Positions 50,101-61,567 of a stretch of 64,000 nt of DNA are shown here, in pieces (the first letter of the stretch is position 1; each line of letters begins with the position of its first letter). Source of the DNA: Stegostoma tigrinum (lineage: Eukaryota); NCBI RefSeq assembly GCF_030684315.1, contig NC_081368.1, positions 68,355,754 through 68,419,753 on the forward strand, written 5' to 3'. The notes under the pieces are model-generated. The model saw only the letters and a program-made list of their open reading frames with translations, made no database searches and was not told where the DNA came from. The position numbers and the translations under genes are program-made.

Positions 50101-53100
50101 CCACTCATAAGGGAAAAATAGCAAGAACTGATTCCTGCAATTGTTTCTTGAACCTCCATTGGGCATTCCATAGTGATGAAAAAAGCTATGATTTTTAGTC
50201 CCACGAATTGCTATTCAGAAGTAAGTCTACTCCCACAATAGGTAATCTCTTGACTACACCAACAATCACTTCCCCCTAACAACAGATCACATTCCAATTG
50301 TACGTTGTTTCATGGAACCAGAATATATTTTCTATCAATCCCATTTAATAAGACCTTAGCTCCTGTCGAACCCACTGGAGGGAAAATTAAGTCTGTCTCC
50401 AGTAAGTGATTGTGTTGTCTCTGTATCTATTAGTATGATTATGAGTTTAACAACTCACCTGCAGAAAAAACGATTTACTTCTCCTTTCAACAAAAGCATT
50501 GCATGCTTCCCGTCTACATAATTATTTCTTTATTAACAACAGACCTCATTTCTGGCTTTTTTGTTCTAGGTAGAGGCACCATCTGGTTTGTGGCGTTGTC
50601 TTTTTGAACTCTCTTCCCAACTCGTTTTTACTAAGTCTTATATGCCTCATGGCATAAGCTTACAACTTCTAACATTCCAAATGAGCACGTGGCAACTTAT
50701 TACAATAGGAACATTTAAGTTTTCAAACGCCCCCTCCACCCTCAGCATTTCTGTCGTATTATGAGGAGATGTTCTTCAGCCACTCCTTATTGTCCATCCT
50801 CTATCCTGACTACCTGCCTTCCTTTCAGTCTCCCATATTTTACATTTCTTAAATTTCTGGAGGTGACAGTAAAAAGGTTTATCAATCAGTTCATAATCAT
50901 CGGCCACTATAACTACCTGCCTTACCATTGCAACCCCTTAGTCTTCTACAGGAGTTCTTATTACAGACGGGAGCAAACTTTTAAATTCTTCTAAAATAAT
51001 AATGTCTCTGAGAGTATCTTAAGTATTTTAGCCTTTAATGCACTTATCCACCTATCAACATTGTTTTATTTATTCCCTTAAGTTTCTGGGGTCAGCTGTA
51101 CAAGTCTGAGGTGGAAATAATCCGATATACTTGCTAAAAGTTTGCTCATGCTGTTGGAGAGGTTTTAAACTGATTTGGTAGGGGGTGGATGTAAAGTTGG
51201 GAGCAAGGCTTAATCAGGTATAGAACGAACACTGAAACAATCTAGCAAGTGGAAAAGATATAGACATGATAAGGCATGTAAGAGGACTGGGAAGCTAAAT
51301 TATATCCATTCTAATGTAAGGAGTCTGCCAGGTAAGGAGGATGAATGTAGAGCATTGAGCAGCACGTGAGTATACGATATTGCTGCAATCACTGAAACAT
51401 GGCTGAAGGAAGGGGAGGACTGACAGCTCAACACCCCAAGGTACAGCAATCTCAAACATGATGTTGGTGGGTGGGGGGAGTGGGGATGTAAGATTGTGGG
51501 GTCGTTACATTATTGCTAAAAGAAACCATCACTGTAGTAATGAGGAGGATGTTTTAGAAGGCTCTTCAAATGAGACCATCTGGATAGACCTTAGAAATAC
51601 AAAAGAGGTGACCCGTTTGCTAAGATTATACTGCAGGCCTTCCATCAGTCACAGGGAGTTAGAGGAGCAGATACATGGGCAAATCATTGACAATAATGGG
51701 GTTATAGTAGTAGTGGATTCCAACTTTGCTGACATTAACTGAAATCTAGCATGAAAGGATTAGACAGAATAGAATTTTTAAAAAGCATCCAGGAGAGATG
51801 ACTGTGACCATAACTCTATAGGTTTCACAGCAATTATGGAGAAGGATCAGGATAGTGCAGAAGTTAATTGGAGGAAGGCCAATTTCAATATCATTAGAGG
51901 AGATCTGACGAACATTGATTGCAGGTAAGTCTACATTTGTGAAGTGAAAGTCTTTCAAATGTAATATAGTGAGAGTTCAGGGCAAGCGTGTTCCTCAAAG
52001 AATGAAGAGTAAGGGCAGCAAGTCCAGGGATTTCTGGATATCAAGGGATATTGAGAGTTTGATAAAGAGAAAGGAAATATACGTCAGGTTTGATGCATTA
52101 AAAACAGGGACCGCCCATCAGGAGTACACACAGTGTAGGGGGTACTTAATAAAATTAGTCGGTCAAAGAGGTGCCATGAAATATTCTTAGCAAATAGGAT
52201 TAACGAGAAAACTCAAGGAATTTTGTAAATATAATAAGCACAAGAGAATTACCATTGAGAGAGTGGGAACTATTAGAGACCAAAGGAGGATAATCTGTTT
52301 GTGGAGCCAGGGGACATGATTTGAGATGTTTAAATTAATATTTCTTACCTGTATTCACAGAGGAGAAACACATTGTAGCTGAGGATTTTGATTGGGATGG
52401 TGAAATTCCAGAACATGTTAAGATGAATAAGGGTGATGTATTAAATGTTTTAGTAGGCACAAAGGTGCATAAATTCCTGGGGCTTGATGAGATCTATCCT
52501 AGGCGGCTATGCGAGGCAAGTGAGGAGATTGCTAGGGTCCTGGAAGAGATATGGCCACAGGTGAAACACCAGATGACTGGAGGATAGCTAGTGTGGTTCC
52601 TTTGTTCAAGGAAGGCAACAAGGATAGGCTAGGTAATTACAGAGCAGTTAGTCTGACATTAGTGACAGCGAAATTATTGGAAAAAGTCCTGAGTGACAGA
52701 ATTAATCAAAACTTGGAAAGGCAGGGATCAATAAGGGATGGTCAACATGGATAGGTTAGAGCGAGATACCATATCACAAAATTTAACTGAGTTTTTTGAA
52801 GAAGTGACTAAATATATTGATGTGGTTGATATGGTTTATATGGACTTCAATAGGCCTTTGGCGAGCTCCCACATGGAAGCCTGGTCCAAGAGAAACAGCC
52901 TATAGGATCCAAGGCAAATTGTCAAACCGGATACAAAATTGGCTTACAAATAGGAGGCAAAGAGTTTGTGGAGGGTTGTTTTTGTGGTCGGAAGCCTGTG
53001 GCTAGAAATATAGTAAAGGGATCAGTGCTGGGACCCTTGCTGCTTGTTTCTGTACAGTAGCAACTTGGATGCGATGTAGAACTTATAAATAATAAGTCTG

Positions 53101-56100
53101 CTGATTGGTGGAGTTGCTGACAGTGAGGAGGATAGTCTGACATTGATCAGCCAGTAAATTGGGCACAGCAGCAGTAGACAGAATTTTATCCTGATGCGTG
53201 AGGTGATGTATTTTGGGAGACCTAATAGTAAGAAAATATACACAATGAACGGTTGGTACCTGGGGAGCACTGAGGAGGAAAGGGACCTTGGTGTACAAGT
53301 TCATAGATCCCCGACGGTGTCAGCACAGATAGACAGGCAGAAGGCACATAGGATGCTTGCCTTTATTTGCCAGGGCCTAGAATATAGCAGCAAGAAAGTC
53401 TTTTCACAACTTATTAAAATATTGGTTAGCCCATAGGTGAAATATTGTGTGCAGTTCTAGTTGCCACACTAATGGAAAAACGTGATTGTTCTGGTCAAGA
53501 TGCAGAAGAGATTCACCAGGATGTTGCCTGGGATGAAAAATCTCATTTATGAGTCTGAAAGGATTTAAAAATTAACTTGTCGATATTTCTGTACTTATGT
53601 TGAATTATTTTAATTCATAGTATGACAGAAAGACTTTCTGGATAATAGAGGGAATGTGTTTACGCTGGGACAGTAAATGAGCAAGCACATGCATTTGCTG
53701 GGTAACAAAGTGTCTAAAATCTTCAATTTATGTCAGCCTAATCTCAACTGTAATTTGTAGTTGGATTAAATGTTTAAATTGCTGCTTGGAGCATATTCAT
53801 TTTCAAGGGACACAGTGAAAGTGCAGGCTAATTAAGAAGTGGCTGGAACTGGATCCTCATTAACTAACAAAGATAGGTGCTTTGTTTAGGGAATGTGTAT
53901 TTGTAACCAAATTATTGTAGCTGAGCACTATAATGAGACTTAGAACAGAGCTCTAGAATTGAGCATCTCAAGGAGATCAGCAGTAAAAGGAAAAAGAGGT
54001 GTTTGGTTGATTTTTGCATGAACAGCAACTGACTGGTGAGTAGAATTAGGGAACAGTTATAATCTTTAAAGTGAAAATAAGGCTTTCACTTTGTATTTAG
54101 GTCTCCAGTCTCTTTTTGCTACTTTTTTTTTCTTCTGTTGTTTTAAAGCACAGGTATAACAATGATACTAGTGCATTATAAAAAGAGAAAGGTATAAAAT
54201 AAAGCGGGGATCTCAGAGGCTGCAAAGTCAATAAGAAACTTAGAGGGAACACTATGAACTGAATGCTGTCAATTGTCTTTTCATTCACAGTTAAGCAGTA
54301 CCACTGCTCAGACCAAACAATTAGATTGTGCTAAAATAAACAAACATATGCAGATCATAAAAAATAAAAACCAAAAGAACTGCGGATACTGTAAATCAAG
54401 AACAAAAACAAAGTTGCTGTAAAAGGTCAGCAGGTCTGGCAGTAACTGTGAAGGAAAAGGCAGAGTTAACATTTCCGGTCTGGTGTCCCTTTCTCAGAAC
54501 CCACAGATAATACTGAAAAGATCCAGGCTGTTTTATTTACAGTGTTGTTGATTGCTTTAAAATGTTATTGGCTTTGACTTTAGGTTGGGGTCAGCTGTCA
54601 TAGTGGAATTTGTAACAGCTGTCAAAATGTGAGCAAAGTCTTCACAACAGGTTGTTAGATGCGGATTAGCTCTGAAGTTCCTCATGGGCTGAGAGGGACT
54701 AAAATCCACATTGGCTGAAATTGTACATTAATTAGTGTATAAGCAAGAGAACTTGAACAGCTTCCCTTGCAATGTTCATACCACACTTCACAAGAGTTTT
54801 AGGCAATGAGTATCAGCTCAGCAATGTTGAAGGACTGGCAATCTATATCTGTGCCAGGAAGATTTGAAAGAAACCTGAACTTAATGGTTTTCTAGAGAAA
54901 GATGATTGAGGGGAAGATGCAGTGGCAGTAACTTTCTGTTCAACTTACATACTATAGCAGTGGCATGCTGGCGTTGGAACAGGTAAGTATCAAGTCCGGC
55001 AATGTTAGCAATGTTTGGAAGGAAATAGATCCCAAGAGGTGACATCTGTGACAACCAGAATTATAGATATTGTCCATTATCTTGTTGGTGTCAGTAATAG
55101 CTTCATTACACTACTATATGATAACTCCTTGTAGGGCATCACAAATATACCAGTATTACTTCACACTCTGACATCTTCAGCCTACCTCTTTGTATTTACG
55201 GAAGCATTATTTATAACCTTTCTGTGGGGAATCAATACCAACAGTTTCTCAACCAAACAGAATGATAAATCACCAGAGGCAATGGCTTTATACATTCTTG
55301 AAATTATCACAGTACCTGTGGGAGTCTTGCGGCAGATTTTATCATTTTCCCCCCAACTGTAGCATTCTTGCCATGGCAGAGGTGTTTGGAAGGAAACAAA
55401 GAAGTAGAATAGGCAGTAGGTAACAATACAGTTGTAATATATGCCTTGAAATGTTGACGCAAAAAAGCTCAGGAGTCCCACACCTTCAATTGTGAACAAA
55501 AAGGAGTTCAGAATAGAATAGTAAGGACAAACCCTTTAATATTCAAAATTGTGCATGCCGGTCAGACTAAACAGATTTATTCTTTTGCAAATGGTTACTT
55601 CTAAGAGAGGCAGTGAGGACTCAAATAGTACTTGTCAGTTTACAGTCAATTCAGTACTTTCTGAAATGCTGTCACTGTTTTAACATGGAAAACTTCATAT
55701 CTGATATGCACACAACAAATTCCAATAGAGTAGAAACATGGAAAATAGGAACAGGACTATTTAAGCCTGCTCTGCCATTCAATATGATCACGGCCGATCA
55801 TCCTATTCAGTCTCGATTCCCACTTTCTCCCTATATCCTTTGATCCCTTTCAGCCTAAGAACTACATCTCGCTCCTTCCTGATAACAATGTGATGATCTG
55901 TTGTTGAACTGCTGTTTAAGGGATAAGTATCGACCAAGGACAGTGGGAAAACTCTGCAACTCTTCTCCAAAATATTATTATATAATCTTTTACCCAAGAA
56001 CGTTGACAAGACTTCACCTCGATGTCTCATTTGAGAATGATACCTTTGACAGAGCAGCATTCCCTCCAACTACCAGATTACAGGTTTAACACTAGTTAAA

Positions 56101-59100
56101 AACTTGACTACATTTTATAAACCGGCATTTTTTGCAGAGCTGAACAAGAAAGTCAAAGTAATGTGAAGCTATTACTGCTCAAATACAAAAAGCCGTTATA
56201 AGTTTCTTTCTTCCTGATAAACAAGATCATTTGATCGTGATTGAACGCAAGGGCCTCCCACATCATGTGTGTGTTTGATAGTTTGATACTGAGGCTCATT
56301 GTCCTATAAATGGTTAAGAGGTCCTAAAACCAACAAAAAACTTCAACTGGAAGCAGTGTTGAATCTTTCAGTTAACTATATTGCAGCAAGCCTCCAATTA
56401 GATGTGTCAGTTAGTACATAGGACCATAGCGAAATATCACATTATATAGCATGAAAAGGAATTACAATGGTTGAATGGAATAACTATTCTGAGCAGCTGC
56501 AAACATAAATAATTGATCACAGAGCAGAATAAATAATAAACTCTAAGAAAGCTGACTTGAAGGATGATGCAAGGACATTGTAGAGTTATCCAGGGGAATT
56601 CTACAGAATGAAATACAGGGAGATAAGTATAAACCCTGATTAAAAAGCTCATGGAAGGTGAATAGAATCAGGTCAGATTTCTACTCCATCGTATGAATAA
56701 CACTCTGACTGATCTTTAAAAACTGAAATGAACAAAGGTGGATAAATCCTCTAGAGATGATCAGGTATACCCCATAACTCTGTGAGAAGCTAGAAAGGGA
56801 TTGTTGATCCCTTGCTGAGTTATTTGTATCATCAATAGCCACATGTAAGGTACTGGAAGACTGGAGGGGTACCACTATTTAAGAAAGGTGGTAAGAAAAA
56901 GCCAGGGAATTACAGACAGTGAGCCAGGCATCAGTGGTGAGGAGGGTTTTGGAAGGGATGCTGAGGGACTGGATTTACATGTATTTGGAAAGCCAAGCAC
57001 TGATTAGGGAGAGTCAACATGGTTTGTGCATGGGGAATCATGACTCACTAATTTAATTGAGTTTTTTGAAGAAGTAACGAAGAGGATTGGTGAAGGCAGA
57101 GCAGTAGACATGATCCATATGGACTTCAGTTCAGTGTTCGACAAGGTTCCTTATGGTAGACTAGTTAGCCAGGTTAGATCGCATGGAATATAGGGAGAAC
57201 TAGCCATTTGGATATAGAATTCACTAGAAGGTAGAAGACACAGAGTGGTAGTGGAGTGTTGCTTTACAGACTGGAGGCCTGTGACCAGTAGTGCATCGCA
57301 AGGATCGATGCTGAATCCACTGCTTTTTGTCATTTATATAAAATGATTTGGATTTGAACATAGGAGGTATAGTTAATAGACACACAAGAAAGTTACCCCA
57401 GAGTACAATGGGATCTTGATCAGATGGGCCAATGGGCTGAGGAGTTGCAGATGGACTTTAAATGTTAGGTGTTGCATTTGGAAAGGCAAACCAGGGCAGG
57501 ACTTATACATTTAATGGTAAGGTCCTTGGGACTGTGCTAAATAAAGAGACCTTGAAGTGCAGGTTCATAGGAGTTGGGAGGTCAAGTTGCAGCAGTAGAG
57601 GACATTGGTGAACCCACATTTGACATATTATGTTTGATTCTGGTCTTCTTGCCACAGGAAAGATGACATGAAATTTGAAAGGGTTCAGAAAAGATTACAA
57701 GGATGTTGCCAGGGTTGGCAGGTTTGAGCTATAGGGAGAGGCTGAATAGGTTGGGGTATTTTCCCATTTAGGATTGAGGGGTAACCTTATAGAAGTTTAT
57801 ATAATCATGACGGACATGGATAGACTGAATAGCCAAGGTCTTTTCCCCAGGGTAGCAGAGTTCAAAACTAGAGGGCATAAGTTTAAGATGAGAGGGGATA
57901 GATTTTAAAAGGGATCTGAGGGGTAACTTTTTCATGCAGAGAGTGGCGCATGTATAGAATGAGCTGCCAGAGGAAGTGGTGGAGGCTGGTACAATTACAA
58001 CATTTAAAAGATACCTGGATGGGTATATGAATAGGGAGGGTTAACAGGGATATGGGCCAAATGGTGGCAAATGGGACTAGATTAATTTAGGATGTCTGGT
58101 CACCATGGACGAGTTGGACTGAAGGTCTGTTTCCGTACTGTACCGCGCTGTGACTCTATGACATCGAGGTAACTAATACCAGGAGAATTTCTGTAGGGCA
58201 ATATGATCCTGTCCATTCAATAACCCAGGTGCTCCCCTGAAAAATTATTTAAAGTAATCGTAAAAAGAACATGTATATCACAGCTAACATGTAATGGCTT
58301 GACCAGCCACACAGGCCTATAAAACACTTGGAGATAATCCTTTGCAGTTAAGTCTAATTGTAGTTTTCAATCTGTTTTTCAGAAAGTAACTCTTCACACA
58401 AAACTCAGATGTTACTGCCATTCACTCAAGATAAATAATTTTAAACCCACAAAACACTGCAGTGAAACCTCACACAGCTTAGATTACATTCTCAACTCTC
58501 TGGAATGGGGCTTGAACTCACAAATCTTCCAACTCAGACATAAAACTGTTATTAATGAAACAATAGCCGATGCCAACAGTGCAACTGTGCACTTGAGTTG
58601 TCAAAGGAGGGCAGTAACAGGACAGAGGAGAGACAAATCCAGCCAGTCCTCAGGATTAAAAGATGAAATATCCTGTACTGACAACTGGAACCTGGAGGTG
58701 TGGATATTTCACTTGTCTCAACTCAGCACTAACAGATGAGGTTTTCAGAAGTTGTATATAAAAATTTACACAGACACGCAGCATGTGCTGGAAAATGGTT
58801 GCTACTGCAGGAGGTCATCATTAAATTGCATGACAAAGTGGAAGTGATGATTAGACAAAGAGGTCGAACTTTTCAAGATTCTAAACGGAGAACATGGCAA
58901 AGTACAAATCCAGATGGTGTTGTGGAAGACAGCATTTACCTCCTGACTGGAGACTCTGCATCGCACAGGGAATCCTCAAGCTTGCAAGGCCTGTTTAAAT
59001 AACCCTCTAGTCTGAAAATGGAGTCCCTCATTGTCCCCCTCACTTTACACCCTGTTCAGCTCCACCCTGCACCCACATTCAGCTCCATCAGATTAACCAT

Positions 59101-61520
59101 GCTGTTATTGAATGGCAGAGCAGGCTGGAAGGATTGGGAGGTCCAACTTGCTTAAATGTTTGGTGGCCACTGCTTACACTGGCACTGCTACAGTTCAGGA
59201 GCTGGCAGCTCTTTGGTTAGCCAGCAGTTTTGGAGGTGAATCATCCTGCCTCATGGAGAGCAAAAGCCAAGACCACCCATCAGTTCACCATTGCCACACT
59301 GCACACTGCCCAGTTATACCAGGCAGGCTCACCACGTGATGTCTATCCCCATCTGCTAAAACAATGATGCTAAGCGTTTGACAGCTATCCCATTCCACTG
59401 CATTCCCAACTGCCAGAAAGTATCTGGGGCTGGTGGTGGAACAGGACGTAAAATTTTATTGTTCCCAAAGGAGTTTAGTATAATTGTAATGGAAAATGGT
59501 CACAAAATTTGATCTTTCATATTCTCAACCTAGCAGTGCTCTAAGAAATGGCACGGAGCTGGGAGTCTAACACCTCGTGCTCCCAATGCCATACTGCCAG
59601 TGTATGGGGCTGATATCCTGAGGCACTGGGAATGTATCAACACACCTGGAACATGTGTTTGTAAGAGGTTCATGGCTTATTGTTTGAAGTCTCACAGAAG
59701 TAACAGATACCTCAAGGAATCTCACGTCCAAAGCAATTTCAAAACCATTGTTTGAATAGCACCTGAGATTGTGTTACTGCCTGTCAACACTGACCTTGTA
59801 AGATGGGCACAGCTTTCCACACTTGAGCAGGCCCGAGGCTGGCAAACTGCCCCAAAGCCGACTCCATGAAAAACATCGGCATCCCAGCAAGTACCATCAT
59901 GATGATGTAGGGAATTAAAAAAGCACCTGGAAGACAATAGTTAGAGCAGAGAAAGGTTACTGTGGCATAGAATTTTCACAACTGTAGGTGCACTGGCAGA
60001 GTAGGCACTCTCTCCGAAACTGCAGCCTTGGGATAGAGGCTGTGTTATAGTTTGGATTTCACCAAATTTGAGCTGGGTGTAATGGTCAATAGGTGGGTCA
60101 GGCCAACCCTGGTTTGGTTAAGAATAGTCCAGTGACTAAGCAGTAGGTAAGTGGTAACAAGGCCAACACAATTGGCCACTAAGCCAAACTGTCAAGGTAA
60201 CAACCTTTTAAAATGCATGACGCATTGCATGCAGGAAAGGAGTGGGAAGTAACTCAGAGCTGCGCGCTTGTGTCATTTTGGCCCATAAATTCTACTGAAT
60301 TTACACAGCCTCCGTATAATGGAGCAAGGGGAGAATAATGACAGTGCCTTTATGGGCTTGGAAACAGGTAGCAGTTAGCACCACATGCCTTCCCTGTCAC
60401 CTACTGACACAGGCCCATCCTTTCTGATGCCCTCCCCCCTGCTTTAATGCTAGGGAGTTGTTCAGCAAGCCCCTTCACTGGCATTGGCACTTGATCTTAG
60501 GAGCATTATGGCACAAGCAGCAATTTGCAGTATCTGACAAGTCTGCCAATTTTATTTTCTAGCTCAAGGCTGTTTGACTTCATGATTTGGCACTTCCCAT
60601 CACAAACTGAACTGCCTTGGGTGGTCACAGAAGACAAAGCCCTGGCACTTCTGTTGTTTTCCAACATGGAAAAACAAATAACCAGTCTGGACTTTCAGAT
60701 TTACAACCTACAATATTACATCCAACACCCAGGCAGGCACCGTGCAAAAAGAAAGGCTTGCATTCACATAGTATCCCTCATAATCTCAGTATTTCCTAAA
60801 GCGTTTCACAACCATTTAGGTACTTTTGAAGTGTAGTTCTGGTTGTAATGCAAGTAAAATGGCACCCAATTTTGGTCAACAAGCCCTTATTAACAGTGGA
60901 CAGATAATTTTCTCATTTGATTAATAAAGCTGTACTTTCCCCTGCTCCCTAAAGCCCACTTCTAGAATTTAGAACCTCCAATCATTCTTAAAACAGAAGA
61001 CCATAAGAAATAGCAACAGGAGTAGGCTATTCGACCCCTCGAGCGTGCCCTGCCATTCAACAGGATCATGGCTAACCCGACATTTCTCATGTCCACATTT
61101 CCACCCTTTCTCCATAGCCCTCGAGTCCCTGGTTGTTCGAGAATCTAACTCAGCCTTAAACATGCACAAGGACTCTGTCTCCATATACTTCTGCTAATGT
61201 TTTACAATATTTTACTGCCTGTACAATTCAGGAATTTATTGTTTGTTTGTTAGTCGAATGTGGGTGCAGCTAAAATTCATAGATTTGGAGCCACGCACCA
61301 GCCAAGGTAAAGATTTTACATTTTATTAAAGATTTATTCAGTTTCATGGTCACCATTATGGAGCCAAGCATTCAATTCCAAATTTCTTTATTAATTAATT
61401 GAACTTAATGTGAATGGTGGGGCTTGTTTTAACCCATGCGGCCAAAGTTTCAATGGCCTGAATCTCTAGATTACTTGTGAGAGATGTTATATTATGTCAC
61501 AGTCTCCCCAGCGGGGTGGT

Positions 61521-61567
<47 letters not shown>

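Noticed and set aside
53560-54070. Possible LTR-like sequence (also 20341-20545 and 27290-27620)
   Set aside because: No paired LTR, primer-binding site or TSD could be verified by eye.
58700-58920. Possible RTE-type LINE remnant
   Set aside because: Similarity too weak to support without a search.
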